The translations under genes were made by a program, and so were the position numbers. A DNA stretch of 63,201 nt, the filler included, from Sphacelaria rigidula (lineage: Eukaryota), in the NCBI GenBank assembly GCA_964200075.2. It is 11 parts of 11 records of this genome, joined end to end, with 100 filler letters (N's around TTAATTAATTAA, not from the genome) between each part and the next. Parts side by side here need not be neighbours in the genome. Positions count along the whole stretch, not along the records: positions 1 to 5,655 come from CAXNAA020025514.1; positions 5,756 to 11,410 come from CAXNAA020025515.1; positions 11,511 to 17,165 come from CAXNAA020025516.1; 8 more parts are not named here. One strand, written 5' to 3'. The notes below the pieces were generated by a model. The model ran no database searches and was not told where the DNA came from. It saw only the letters and a program-made list of their open reading frames with translations. How positions within the stretch are numbered: position 1 is the stretch's first letter; each line of letters starts with the position of its first letter. Positions 1 through 13,432 of the stretch are shown piece after piece.

Positions 1-96
1 GCTGAAAACAAAGCCCAGGGATTGATTCGTACGAGTCGAATCAATCATACTAAAACCAACCAATTTCCAGACGAATCATTATTGATCCGACCCTTG
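1..96. mobile_element. hAT-type MITE, partial (contig edge)
   Basis: Matches the end of the copies at 13433-13688, 26870-27127 and 48924-49113; terminates in ...TCCGACCCTTG. Confidence 0.75.
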
Positions 97-1779
97 GACT
101 ATTGCATGCATCAGTCGTGTATGCGATACGTAACAACGCTGCCAGACTTGGGAATATAAAAGAGGGGAACAAATCGCAAGCGAGCCCACCCATGTCCAAG
201 TATGCGACACTTACAGAGTTAGGATCTGACTATTAATAGCCCCCCTGCGACATGAAAAGTCGATTTGGACTGCAGAACACACAACTCAGAGTAAATTTGC
301 GACCCCGCACGGCACAACAACATCGGCACACGGGGTGACCCATAGGTGACACACACTTCCGCGGCATACCTCAGGCGGGTTCTTATCGAAGATGATTATC
401 AAGCCGAGCGAGTCTCAACAAATTTTCTTCGATCGAAAAAATTCAGGGGAAAAGAAATTGCCGAATGTGATACATCCACGGTATTCACGTTCTCAGATGG
501 TTTCAAGTCGATTTTATAATTATTCGCGCGCGATCAGCAGAGTGAAAATCAGAAAAGCTTATCTTTTCCGATCGAGCACACGCGGCGGAAGAGAACGGAG
601 GGGCACTTGACCATCGTATCTCGGACCACCACGCCGGATATTCTCCTTTCATAAAACCATTCGAACCTCACACAATTTTCTCAGCAACGAACGCAAGCCA
701 GCAGCATGAATCACAAATTGAGCACAGCGTTTATTATTTATCTTTATTAATATTATTTCCGCACATTAGTCCGATCTCTCGAACCCGTGGTCACAGACGT
801 AGGTTCGTCTTTCCAATACCGTCCCTGCTATTCCTTTAAAGACATAGAATCTCCCATCATTTTTGTCAGAGACTCCAGCCTAATTACATGACCAAACGCA
901 ATTACCTCAGATATTACCTAAATGAGAATAAGAAGAGAGACGCCAAGAAAAACATGAGAAGTAGCTTCCCCGAGTTCAAGGGGGTGGGGGGAAAAAAACA
1001 ACAACTTCAGATCTGCTAGGAAAAGCACACCGACAGAAAAGGGAAATAGAAGAAAAGACAAGACAAGACAACAAAAGACAGATGACATACACTGCAGCAA
1101 TTGGGAACCGAAACTATAACCCTCTTGGCATGATGTGTTTCTTTTGAGCGGGCGAAACCTTGAGCGTTTTTTGTTGTCCTGGTTGGCGACGGAATTACGT
1201 GGTAGGGTGGGCGACCGATATGCGTACACGCTCATGTACAGTACCGGCAGTACAAGGCTGCACGTTGTTCAAGCATCTTGCGCATCGCACTGTGTGCAGA
1301 GAGTATGGGTCGCCCTGTGCTGTCTGTACTGCACGCTGTCCCCTTCTTCGTGTCCTATACTGTACGGAACACGCAAACCGTCCGAACAGCGCAGACAGTA
1401 CCGTACTGTCTGTACTGAATAGACGTGGACGAGTACAGCTTCACGAGTTTCATCGTTTTTTTTCGATGGAAAGCGTGCAATTTCGCTCGGACCGAAACCG
1501 TGCGCAACGCATAAAATCAGTTACGCCGCACCAATTCGTTCGATAGCAAAAAAACGCGATCACGACACGGCCTGACGTCTGAAACAAATACTTTTGAAAA
1601 ATGATTACCCTAACGACGAACAGTTTGAATCTTATCGAGAAGCTCTGGACCAGATCGAAGCCCAGACCTGCACACAGTTTAAGAAGTGCGGCGGCTCTGG
1701 GAGTGGTCGCTAGTCGTTACTCTAACATCTCTGTACTACTGCAGACAAGAAGCAACAAGGCAGCACAACACCTACTCAC

Positions 1780-2225
1780 TGAGCCCCAAATAAGCACGCA
1801 CAGACACCCACCACGCACGCACGTTGGCTCCAGCGCTAGTCTTTCCTCATATACACCAGGCAGTCATTGACGGGAATCCGCTCTGTATTGGAGGATTGGC
1901 GGCCGCGTGCGTGTCAAATTACACCGAAAATGTGCGGTTGCTGACCGATTGTGTACGCGCGTTTCACGATCATCACCGCTTCTCATTGACTTCTGACAAA
2001 CATTTGGCAAAGGTCACCCACAACGTGCTTAGCTGATTGGCAGCTGCGGCTCGAGCTGTGTGTTTTTGGTTTGCAGGGGCAATGCGTTCGTCAGCTTTAG
2101 CTCTGATTTTGTTGGGTTGTGTGCCAAGCCCCTGCATGTGCTTCTGTCAACAGGACATCATCCTTGTCCCCGTTCGAGGTGCACACAAAATCACTTGAGC
2201 AAAAAGTGATTCTGGTGCACTTTTT
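1780..2225 (+). repeat. Unclassified dispersed repeat (second copy about 22390-22825)
   Basis: Collinear shared blocks CGTTGGCTCCAGCGC, TTGACGG.AATCCG, GGCTCGAGCTGT, TGTTGGGTTGTGTG. Confidence 0.65.
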
Positions 2226-2729
2226 TTTCTATGGGGGTGAGGTTCGGGGGGGGTGGGGGGGGTGGGGGGGTATCGCAGCGATCAAGCACAGGCCGCGTTG
2301 TGAAAAGTGAATATTTGTAAAGCGACCATCATCTTCGACAAGAATACACCTGAAGGATTGGAAAGATGAAAACGACTGGGAAGCTGCCGGCATTCTTCTT
2401 GTTGGGTTGAAAACAAATGTGGTATCTTGTGGTCCGAAACCTTCTTTTTGGTTCAATGTTTGGTTGGTCGGTCGATTGATTGCTTCGACCAATCCATTGA
2501 TTGTTGCACAGTACGTGGCGCGCTGTGAACCCAACCAGATTACAAAGTAGGCGCATCCGAGGTGAAATAGGTAAAAATACTGATGGACAGGTTCGAGTAA
2601 AAACCGGAACCGGAAACCCGGAGGCCCACTGTACTTACCTTCGTCTCATTCACTCCGCATCCCCTTGGCAACCATATTCTGAACCCTGAAAGCTATAAAT
2701 GGACCGGTCTAGGGTCGTGTCCAATAGTG

Positions 2730-3091
2730 CTGTTGATGGTGGTATTGTTGTCGTTCCATTTATTCTGGCCGCCGGTCTACACCTTTCAGTATATGTGGTC
2801 GCACCAGCCGGGGTCACACAGGAGGAAGGTCAACACAGGAGTTTTTTTTTGTTGGTTTTTAGTACTTTACCTTCCTTGTGCGGTGCTTGCCTTTATTTTT
2901 TATCGCGAGAGGGATTCAGCAGTCCCTTTCCCTCGTCGACCGTTAAGTCGAATTTTGTGTACCCATGACATAGTCAATCTCCACGCCTAGGCATGGTGTG
3001 AGAAAAAATCCCAGATCGCTCCGAGATTTGAACCTACGACCCAACCGTCAGAAGGTTTGGAGGTTACCAACTGAGCCACAGGGGCGACCGG
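2730..3091 (-). mobile_element. tRNA-derived SINE
   Basis: Minus strand: A-box TGGCTCAGTTGG (3067-3078), B-box GGTTCAAATC (3025-3034), then a non-tRNA body; no closing acceptor stem. Confidence 0.75.
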
Positions 3092-5655
3092 CAGGCAGTG
3101 TCGGAACGATATTTTGCCGTGAAGCTAAGGTAGGCATTTTTACAAGCGTCGTGAAGTCCGACGCAAACAGTCCCCACCTGATACATTTTTGGGATTCGGA
3201 ACTTATCACCGGTGGGTTGTATTTAGGTAGGGAGGGGGTGGGCGGTGATATATGACGCACCCCTGTATAAGACAGTAGGTAATTGCATGGGCCAAAGATG
3301 GCCGAACTATATAGAATCCGACGATTTTGTTGCTAGGGTTGTGATGTATCAAACTCGTGTCCTAGTTCAAGCCTTACCAAGTGTATTGGCGTGGATGTGG
3401 TGTAACGCATCCTTTTTTTGTTTGTTTTTGTCACACTTTCAATAGCACTTCCCTTCTTCAGGACGACTCCATCCTGCAGTCTCTAGAGATCGATCCATCT
3501 CTCCCCTCGGTACCCGCCTCGCACTATGCTGCCGAGCACTGGTGCGGAAAATTCCCATACAGTACCCCATCAATTTTTGCTACTCACTCTCGCCAACTCT
3601 TGTTTTCATTAATGCGGACGGTGGACACCAGAAAGAAACGGAAAAACGCCTCTGTGGGGTCGTTGATCAGAGCCATGAAATGCACCGAAATCATGTACCT
3701 GGTTGGCCAGACGAGCGTGGGGTGTAACCGGAGCAAAAGAGTGCCAATCATAAACTACACGAATACGCGCACACACTGGGTTCCCCGTACCGAACATAGC
3801 GATACATCTTTGGAGTGAAAAATAAACATACATAGGCTCGTCATCTTCCAGACAGCCAAGTATTGTTTTCGTGAAGCTAAAATCACGCCTCAGTGTGTGC
3901 GCGCATGTACGTATTTCCTATATGAATCATGTGGCGACACACCTGCTGACGAGCAGACCTGATGATACAAGTAAACACATACACACATACATACACAAAC
4001 CGTTTCAAAGGGAAAACCTCGAAGGTCCGAACTGCAGTTTAGTACAGCACAAGCATAATCTCGGACGGTTTTGTCGTTCAAGTTATATTGTTCCGAAAAT
4101 ATACTACCGAGTCATCTTGATGTTGGTCGCCACGTGTACCACCATCCAGCCACCCCCCTCCACGCTTGCGTGCAACTCTGACTGGAGGGCAAGAAAGTCT
4201 TGAATACATCAAATACTACATACACATACACATATCTCCGAATGTCCCGCCGCACGGGACAGCACAGCACCGTTTGTCACATATAATAGTACAGTAGAGT
4301 ATCATCGCTTAAGATAAGAAAAAGATAAGAATGAAGACAACCTTGACGTTCTGTGGACACAAGGCCTCGCACAACCACAGGCTCTCTTTTACCGAAAGAT
4401 CTTGACAGGATTTTGCAACCACATATCTTCCGTCGGTGTGGTCGCTGCAGGCAAAGACAAAATCCAGGTTGGACTTATGATCGCCCCGGGTGATACATGC
4501 CGTTACCTCCGGTGAATGCGGATGATTTTATACCGATTTGTGTTGTCCTAGCTTTAGTGTTCCGAAAAGATACGTGTAACTCCATCGTGTACTCATCCCT
4601 GTCAACTGCAGGATGCACTAGACCCACGTACTGTATTGCTTGCTGTGCCTCTCGATATATAGCCAATCGGTGTGTAATAATATACCCTTGGGGGCAACGT
4701 CAAACATGTACCTCTCCAAACGCCCCTTTGCCGACGGTGCGGATGATCTCGTAACGGTTGGCCTTATCTAAGCTGTACGGCTCCGAAAAGCATGTTGCGC
4801 CTCCTTGCATGTTCGTGTCACTGATGTGCTATAATGCTACTCCTATTGCTCCCCAACACACTTGCATCGAGCTCCGGTCGCTGTATTTTATTGTGTGGTC
4901 GTCTTCGATGTCTGTGGGCGGCAGCACAGAACCCGCGTCTGTGGATATATATATATATATAAATATATGTATGTTTCCGACTGTTCTTGCATTGCTCAGA
5001 CCCGGCGTCAAAATTTACTCCTTGAGGATATCGTGGAACATTATCTGGGTAGTAAGAGACGTCCTCCTGGGACCCCCGATAACTGGCGAAGAGAATTTTT
5101 GAAAAATTCAACTCATGCAAAGTTTTTTCATGTCCCAAAGCATGTATGTGTAATCCTTGGTCCAGTCAACGAGCACTATGTTGTTGGTCCCGAGTACCCG
5201 ACGAAACTGCAGCAAATACCAGTGCAAAGCTCAGATAAAGGACACCGGGGAGCTCGACCTCTCGAACAAACATCGGAGTCAGCGGCCATCGCTTCTTACT
5301 TCAAAGGCCGCGGCACTGCGCGCAGTCAACAAGCAGAATCGACATTTGCCGCGCACTGAGCGAGTGTCCAATCAGCCAAAATAGATTGAACCGGAATATA
5401 CCGTGAGGCGGTGGGGAACAATGTTTTTTTGTGAGATCCAGAGTATAGGGGACAGTTGAGAGTGAGAAGTGATCAATCAGTGAATAAATCGTTTCAGTTC
5501 CGAAATGCCCCTCCACTAGGCCCGATATGCTTTCTCTAGTAGCTGGCCACTGAGGCCCTTGACATCCCGGAGTAGGATATCGATATCACAGTGTTTTCGT
5601 GAGATTGAGAGTAGATGATACGATTGAGAGTGGCTTTGATCATTCGCTTCAAGTG

Positions 5656-5755
5656 NNNNNNNNNNNNNNNNNNNNNNNNNNNNNNNNNNNNNNNNNNNNT
5701 TAATTAATTAANNNNNNNNNNNNNNNNNNNNNNNNNNNNNNNNNNNNNNNNNNNN
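5656..5755. other. Artificial 100-bp contig spacer (N run with TTAATTAATTAA); also at 11411, 17166, 22921, 28676, 34431, 40186, 45940, 51694, 57448
   Basis: Same spacer 10 times; the contigs between are 5655 bp (x7) then 5654 bp (x4), i.e. a length-sorted concatenation. Confidence 0.97.
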
Positions 5756-5843
5756 CCAACAATGAGTTGATTTATTCTGTGGTTTCGCCACTTCCAGAGA
5801 CAGCCACGGCTTATACACTGCCTCATGGGTGTTTAACCATTGT
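5756..5843 (-). mobile_element. C-tract SINE-like element, 5'-truncated fragment
   Basis: Reverse complement matches the body at 56808-56890; abuts a G-run at 5845-5858. Confidence 0.7.
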
Positions 5844-6099
5844 AGGGGGGGGGGGGGGTGACGTAGAGGCGCAGCTCGCCAGTGCACTGATGGTTTAGAG
5901 CGCTGGCGACGCTGTGCAGACGGAGGATGACATGTATGGTGCAGCGGACCCGCAAGTCCCCAAGGCAGTAGTTACCTACGGCAGCTGCACAAACAATTGC
6001 GGCGGAAAGCGTGGTGTCTGTAACCTGAGGCGTGGAGAGGGGAGGAAATTCCTCGTCAATAAGCACCAGCGTCGGCAGGACGAAGGGGAAAATCGGTGA

Positions 6100-9000
6100 G
6101 GGTGGGGAATGCTATATCCCGTCCTTTTCGAATTAAGGCACGAACCGGACTAGGCAGAGATCGATAGAAAGAAAGAAAATAGCGACCCGACAGAAACGGA
6201 AGAAAAACCGACCCCTACGTTTGGTGTGGCGTACTGAAAGCGACGAGCGAGTACCGAAAGCGACGAGCGAGTACCGAAAGCGACGAGCGAGTACCGAAAG
6301 CGACGAGCAAGCATCAGGGCAAAGGCACGTAGGGGCGTGCTGACTGTAGGTACCTTCAACATCCACAGACTCGCTTATGGAGGGAAGAAACCCATCGGCC
6401 ACAACGCCGCAACGATTGTCCCAATATATTCCTAGACCGGTTGTAACGACATCGACTCCAAACGACCAGGTGTGACTGGCAAGGCTCAACCACCCATATG
6501 GGGGACGTGGTGATGAAGCGGAGCGCGTGCTGGGACGAAGGATAGGGAGGGAATGCACGGGGTGGGGTCTGCAATCCGGCAGGCTGCCTGGGACGGGTTC
6601 GAGGAGGGAGACAGTGTGGTGAAACGCGTAGCCCGAGGCTCATCAAGGTACGCCTGCAGCTTCGAAAATGGAACGGAGTATATTTCTTGTCTAGATACGC
6701 ATCTACGGACAGCAGTGCTACAACTGCTGAAGACCAGTCTGAGAGAATAGCAGACGCCGCGATCCGGGAGGTCCCTCGCGGCGACCACCTCGTGGTGATG
6801 ATGGGTACCAATGCTCGGAGGGGTTGGAGAGAGGATGGGCGTAGTGATGCCAAGGTGCTTGGTGCGTACGGGTGCGATAGGCTGAATGACAAAGGGGTAC
6901 AGCTGGCGGGTGTCGCAGGAGGAAATGGACATTCCGTCGCCAACACGTTCCTCAGCATACCCAAGGGCGGAGCCTCATACAAACAGCGGGAAGGATTACC
7001 ATCGCCTTGACTACATTGTCGCTCGACAAGCGCGCCTGACACTTGTACGCAATGTTCCAGTACGCGGTGTTGACTTCAAAGACTCGGACCACAACCACGT
7101 GTACGCTGCCGTCCGACGTCAACAAGAAATCGTTCCCAACCGAGGCAAGAGAGGCAGCGACCATAGTAGTGGACGCGCCAACATCGATCTCGAACGGCTG
7201 AAGGTGGGGGACACTCTCCGAAATGATACCCAGCACAGGATCCAGCACAGGGTTCTTTGCTCGCGCACCGCCACCATGCCTGAGTCGGCCGCGGGCGAGA
7301 TGGCGGCGGCGCTCACGGACAACGTGTAGTCTGCCCCCGTGGAGACCGCCCCCTAGACTACGTGCAAAGAAAGACCGAAGGGCTGGTATGCGAGCGAGGA
7401 AGTGGAGCGCGAGATCCATGAGACGTGGAGCAAGCGGGAAGCGACCCGGCGACAACACCGCGGTGCCCCAACGAACACCGCTCTCTAATGGGAACTGAAT
7501 ACAGCGGCGAAAGAATTCACCCGACGGAGAGACAAGATCGTGTGTGAGTTATTTGCGAAGTATGCAGCGCAGCTCGAGAGGAGAAGCTGTGGAGGAGACA
7601 TAGCTAGCTTTACCAGCACATGAAGGGGTCGGACATGGAAGGATATCGGTCCATCACCTCGAATAACATCAAGGACGAGGACGGCGAGCTACTGCGGGAC
7701 TCCGGGCTCATCTTCGAGCAGTGAGCCAGGTCGTTCCACAAACTCCACCACGCCAAGTTGCCAACCCTCGATCGCACGAATAGCAGTGACCCAAGTGTGT
7801 GCCACTGGACGATACACCGTCCAGGTTTGAGGTCGAAGAAGCGATAGGGGGAGATGCCAACAGGAAAGCAGCACGGCCGGACGAGCTCCCGGTGGATCTC
7901 ATCAAATTATTCCTCGGTGGAGACCAAGACCTCCTCTGGTGATTTTTTACGATATTGTCGTCACCGCGTGGCAGACGGAAGACATGCCATGGAGGTCGAA
8001 GGGCGTCACTACTCAAGTGCCATTCAAGAAGGGCACGACGGAATGTGGCAACTACCGGGGCATCTCCCTCGTGGAACACGCTGGCAAAGTGATACTCAAG
8101 CTCGTCGCCACATGCTTGAGTAACTACTGTGAGCGCGAGGGCGTCCTCCCGGAAGAGAAAGCGGCTTCCGCCCAGCCCGCTCGACCTACGACACGACGTT
8201 TGTGGTCCGGCGACTCCACCAAGGCATACGCCTCCGTCAACCGACAGCTGCTGTGCACCGTGCTCAAGCAACTCGGCGTGACTCCCAAGATTCTGGCGAC
8301 AATCCGCCAGATTCACAACGGCAATCGATGTACGACCGTCGCGAGCTTCCACTCCGGCTTAAAGTACGACTGCTCCAAGCCGAAATCGTCGAGACCCTTC
8401 TTTACGGGTGCATGGCGTGGAACCAAGGGAAGGACCACTGCAACAAGCTCAACAGGGTTGACCGCTATTTCCTCACGTGCTGCATGGGATGGAGCATGAG
8501 GACGCCCACGGACGGCCCTCTATCCTACGCCGAGGCCCTCCTCAAGACCGACTGCGTTGAGACCATTGAGGCCACCGTAAGCAAGCGGAGATTATGCTCT
8601 GCGGGACTCGTCATGCGCATGGGAGACGACCGACTTTGCTAGGAACATTGGAGGGGGGACAGGGGGATAGAGTGGGGCAGAGCGCGACTGGATGCATTGC
8701 CTAGAAGAGGACCTTAAGTTCTTCGATACGAACGAAGTCAAGGGGAGGAGATTAAGAAAACGAACGCTAAGGAGTTGGGCGAATGGTACGGCAAAGTGGA
8801 AAAAGGGATGAAATGGTTCATGGCAAAATGGCACCGAGAACAACAGGAAGCATCGGCGGACCGCCGAGTGGAGAGCACGGAAATTGAAGCAAACGGACGA
8901 ACAAGGGAGGGCGAGGTTCCGGACAGACCACAAAGAAAGCGAAACGGCAAGAGGGACGGGAGGAGAAAGAACGTGAAGCCGAAATGCGGAGGGTAACCCC

Positions 9001-9720
9001 CTCGCGCCACTGCCAGAGAAGAGACGAAGGTGGAGGAGGCAAAGCGCGTGGCGAGATTTATGACCGACCGGCGATGTCGCCCCTTCTCCCACCCCCTCTT
9101 GCAGTGTAATGGCTATTTTATGTCAGTATTTTCCTTCCTTTGCGCTCTCCCCCCTCCGTTCGAGTTTTCCTCACCTTTTGTCTTGTCTTTTAATTTTATT
9201 TTTGTCTTTGGGTTCAGTTTTGGTGTGTCCTGTCCTATTCTGTTTTTTTGTTACATTTTTTTTTTTGTAGGATTGTACCTGGATCTTGTCATCTCCGGCC
9301 ATACTTGTGGCGTCGTCTTGCCACGTCTTGCCTTGCCTCGCGTTTTCTTGCCTTGCGTTGCTCTGTCCTGACCTTTTGCGTACACCGATTTGTAACATTT
9401 CTCTATTTTGGCTTTTTGGCGTCTGATTGCCCGCATACCATGCAGCCGACGATTTACCCTTATTATGAGTTCGTTCCTTCGAGGCGTACCACGGTCGTAC
9501 GTAAATGCATATTTTTTTTGCGTTCTATTTTCCCGCTGACGTGCGCCGTTTTTCACGCTCTTGGGCGTCCCCCCCTCCCCTCGTATGGGACGTGAACGAA
9601 GGTGGCGCAAAATTGTTTGATGCATTCAGAAGTTGTTGTCTCATCTACTAGGAAATAGATATGTGATGATGTGACCACGGCTGGATGGATCCCTTGGGGA
9701 TCACTTAAAAAAGTGGGACA
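6100..9720 (+). mobile_element. Decayed RTE-clade LINE (APE endonuclease + RT) with internal RT deletion
   Basis: Frameshifted ORFs carry VGTFN, GDHLVVMMGTNAR, LDYIV, DSDHNHV, ECGNYRGISLVEHAGK, KAYASVNRQLL, LKVRLLQAEIVETLLYGC; T-rich 3'UTR ends in the CCACGGCTGGAT motif; 5' boundary approximate. Confidence 0.9.
6236..6309 (+). repeat. 21-bp tandem repeat (GAAAGCGACGAGCGAGTACC-like), about 3.5 copies, in the LINE 5' region
   Basis: Directly visible. Confidence 0.85.
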
Positions 9721-9872
9721 CTCCTTCGATCAAAGTCGAATGGAGCTTGCGTGGGATGTATGATTTGAGGACGAGCTCGAACGAGTACACGCTGATGCTG
9801 AACCCTGAGCAACCCCCACAGAACTCCAGAGTCATCATGCTGATGGAGGCGCCCGCGCGCGGGGGGGTGGGG

Positions 9873-9911
9873 CGTACTCATGATCATGCATGCCATAGTC
9901 ATGAGACCATC
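9873..9911 (-). mobile_element. C-tract SINE 3' end, about 40 bp
   Basis: Reverse complement of ATGGTC..ATGACTATGGCATGCATGATCATGAGTACG, flanked on both sides by GGGGGGTGGGG. Confidence 0.8.
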
Positions 9912-10603
9912 GGGGGGTGGGGGGGGGATAATTCCACGAAGAAAAGTGATCATCATATTTGTGTCAGACAACCTTTAACACACTCGCGGTGCGCTTGTAT
10001 TATATAGGGTAAAAACGATGACAAACAATATGACCACTGTGCGTTCTTCATCGGTAACAAGCGCGTTCGAACACCTCCTCCTGTTGTTGCTGCTTTCAAC
10101 GACGATTTGAAGTGGAATTTCGTGGGGGGAAATGGCCGAAACTACCACCCCTATCGTAGCATCACTCTACATTCTTTATTTACTCCTTAATTTTTTGTTG
10201 TTGTTGTGATGATGATGATGATGATGATGATGATGTGTCATCCAAATTTATTTCCACCTCGATTGGCAGTATGCCTAACTAGATATAATCTAATGGTCAC
10301 GACCTGGCTCCCGTTACACTTGCCGCAGCACCACCTCGGAAAATGGCGCCACAAAATCGCCCCGTGCACCCTCATGATTGTATTTGCTCGGGGACGAGCA
10401 TTGGGTGGACAGATCAAAAAGAGATGCAAAATTTCATCACACGGTAAAGATATATGTTATGCACTTTGATGTGCGCGCGCCGCACAAATGTCTGGCGTCC
10501 ATATTGCACGCTGCCGTCTCCACTGCCAAGGCTTGGAAGAAAAAAACCAAGGACAAAAAAAAGCGTTTGCCCCATTTTTCAATATCTACACTGAATTCCC
10601 AAA

Positions 10604-10714
10604 AACAGCCAATCATCTATATTGAGGATGGTGCTATTGATTGAGGATGAGAACCCGGAGGATTAAAATCTTCGTAATCAATAGCACCATCCTCAACATA
10701 GATGATTGGCTGTT
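10604..10714. mobile_element. 111-bp hairpin MITE (about 39-bp inverted repeats)
   Basis: AACAGCCAATCATCTATATTGAGGATGGTGCTATTGATT ... AATCAATAGCACCATCCTCAACATAGATGATTGGCTGTT. Confidence 0.75.
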
Positions 10715-11510
10715 CAAACCAACTACATCATCTGTAGTATACTCTAGTATACATCTTATTATGCACCAGGTACTTGGTACTCGTACTGCCACCGCCGAAA
10801 TGACCGAGTATGGTAAACTGGGTAAACGTTTGCTCCATTTTTCAATATCTACACTAAATTCCCCAACCAACTACGAGCTGGGCCAGCCCAGAAACGGATT
10901 TAACCTGGCAGAGCAATATCTCATCACCGGAAACGAATTGGGCCGTGGTCCGCATATCGGATTAATCGTCGAATCAAGGGGGAAATGCCCATCTACTCAA
11001 AAGTTTGGGCCCGTATTTTCTCGTTAAATGAACCCCATGTCTAGTAATTCCTATTCCTAAGGGAGATAGCGCCAATACTGAAATCTCTGTGAAACTATCG
11101 GTTTATGCATGTAGCCGATGGCGACGAAAATTGGTGTGGAGAACCGCAGAAGAGTGCCGAATGAAAAAAGAAAATGTGCCTTCGTATTTTTTTTTCCATA
11201 GAGGTTAGAAGAGCGTTCTTGTCAAGAAATAATGGTCTTCACCATACTAACACGCCCTCAATTGACAACCAGTGAAAAAATGAATGAAAAAAAATCTGGT
11301 CCACTAATTTTTGTTAATTATGCCTTGGCGGGGTCCCACACAAATTTTTAACACTCAAATTCCAAACGTGGGCCGGTGAGCGGCCTGCGAAGTACTGTTT
11401 CGAATTTCTANNNNNNNNNNNNNNNNNNNNNNNNNNNNNNNNNNNNNNNNNNNNTTAATTAATTAANNNNNNNNNNNNNNNNNNNNNNNNNNNNNNNNNN
11501 NNNNNNNNNN

Positions 11511-11597
11511 AACCGACGCCAACCCCATCGGGGGTCCGCCCCTACAAAGCCGGGACGGAGCACGCCGGGTTCTCGCTGGACCAGGCTAGCGCTCGAG
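11511..11597 (-). mobile_element. C-tract SINE-like element, 5' end (contig edge)
   Basis: Reverse complement matches 56594-56670 and 62704-62780; G-run directly adjacent. Confidence 0.75.
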
Positions 11598-11904
11598 GAG
11601 GGGGGGGAGTCGATGCATGGATTTGCGCGCTCGTTTTGTATTGGATTCCGAAATGATTTGAGTACGCACGGCTGAATTTATGAACTACTTCCTGAAATTA
11701 GGGACTATTCCGCACATACGAGCACGGCGGAGATGGTTCGTCTACGGTGTAGAGGTTCACAATACATACGATTGGTCGCTGCGGCGAGGGACGTGGGAAA
11801 ATGGCATATTGGAGTCTCTTTGATTCGTTTTTCTTTTCTTTTTTTTCCCGTATTCGTCTTCTCTTCCCTTCATCATTTTTTCCCTCCGTTGATTACATTT
11901 TTAG

Positions 11905-12084
11905 GGTGCTTCCCGCAAGCCGACGAACATGGAGTGGGATAAGTTCTGGTCGACCAACAAGAAGAAATACGAGCAGACGGCTCACCGGTACATGGGCGTG
12001 TTCAAGGAGACGTGTGTGGAGCTGCACATCGAGGGTGTACCGGAGGGAGACATCGTTTCCATCCCTGTGCAACTGCACCCTAAG
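11905..12084 (+). CDS. GluRS: Cytosolic glutamyl-tRNA synthetase, exon
   Basis: AG/GT-bounded 180-nt exon: GASRKPTNMEWDKFWSTNKKKYEQTAHRY...LHPK, matching the eukaryotic GluRS MEWDKIWAxNK motif. Confidence 0.9.
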
Positions 12085-13432
12085 GTACGCGCATACGCAC
12101 GTGTATCGTGCCATACTCTATAACTACTCCTTCCTTTCTGCTTTCGACAACTCCTGTATTCACGTTTTCTCCCCGTGATGTTGTACTATGATGGCTTCTG
12201 AAGAGGACACTAACACCCTTGTCACAAGGAGTGATACATTTTGTTACCCCCCCCCTCCCCTTCGACTATGGCATGCATGATCATGAGTACACCCCCCTGC
12301 CCCGCACGCGCGCGCGCACACACACACAAACACACTCCCCACATGATACGAGCGTTTATATTCGATTCCGAGTTATGGCTCGCCGTCGTCTGTCGCCGGA
12401 ATTACGAAGTTACACCGAATGCACTGGTGATGAAAACAACGATTGTTCTTGTTTTTATCACGAGCTGAGATTGCAGTATACGTTTGTCGTGTTTTTTTTT
12501 TTGTTGGGACAGGACCTATACATGGGGATGGCTTTGCAGCGAATTTAATACTTTGCGCGAAGCCCAATTATGACCGAGCGTTCAAGATCGGCACGCGATA
12601 AACACTGAGGGCCCGTTTAAAATCAGCCGAAGAATTAAACGATGGGACATGTCCTACGTCACTGCACTGCAGCACATACACACTCACGTCCGCTCTCGTG
12701 TCCTACAGCTATCACTGTTCTGCGGCGTGTTTAGCCCTTGCGAAGACGGTTCGGTCTCACCTGAGATTGCTTGAGCTGCTGTATGGTTGTGTTCGTCTCT
12801 TGGTGACTATAGTATCGGTCGGGACGCTGTGCTGTCCACACACTTGACTGTCTGTTGAAATCTTCATATTACCCAGATTCATCACTTGCGCGATACCCAA
12901 CATGGCTGGGTAAAGACACACAACCAGCGCCGGGTTACACCACTCGTCATGCTGAAAGGAGCAACCCACAGCACAGTGCCAATATACTGCACCGCCAGGG
13001 TACTGCTTGCACCTGTCAGCATAACGGCCGCTGCCGCTGGCATCGGCGCCAGCGCTCGTGGCCACGGAAAGACACAACCAGACATAATAAGATGAGGACA
13101 TACCGATATACGAGCATCGCAATGACCTCCTGCGGCGGCAATGTACCCCTCACTGTCTGCTTGTCTGCTTGCAGCTTCACTTCTCTGCTGCTGTTCTATC
13201 CGTCCCTGCGCTACGTTCACTTCTGTACTGTAGTACGTGCAATACAGGTGTGACTCGTGTCTGCGAACCAATCACGAGCATTTTTTACTACATGAGTCAC
13301 TACAAGAGTCGCATCTCATTGGCGCTAGATTCCGCCGATTCCTCACTGAAAGGCCTCTGATTGGTTGAATTTCGCATTTCGCTACAAAAATCTCCCCCCA
13401 TGTATGGGCGTTGTGCCTTTTTGTCTTGTTTC

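Noticed and set aside
3005..3091. tRNA gene
   Set aside because: A/B boxes present but no closed cloverleaf; continues into a SINE body
5700..5712. TTAATTAATTAA recurring every ~5.75 kb
   Set aside because: Synthetic spacer embedded in N runs, not biological
6236..6309. CRISPR-like direct repeats
   Set aside because: Head-to-tail with no spacers, inside a LINE
9725..9855. Possible exon (YTLMLNPEQPPQNSRVIML)
   Set aside because: No clear splice sites; wedged between two TE ends
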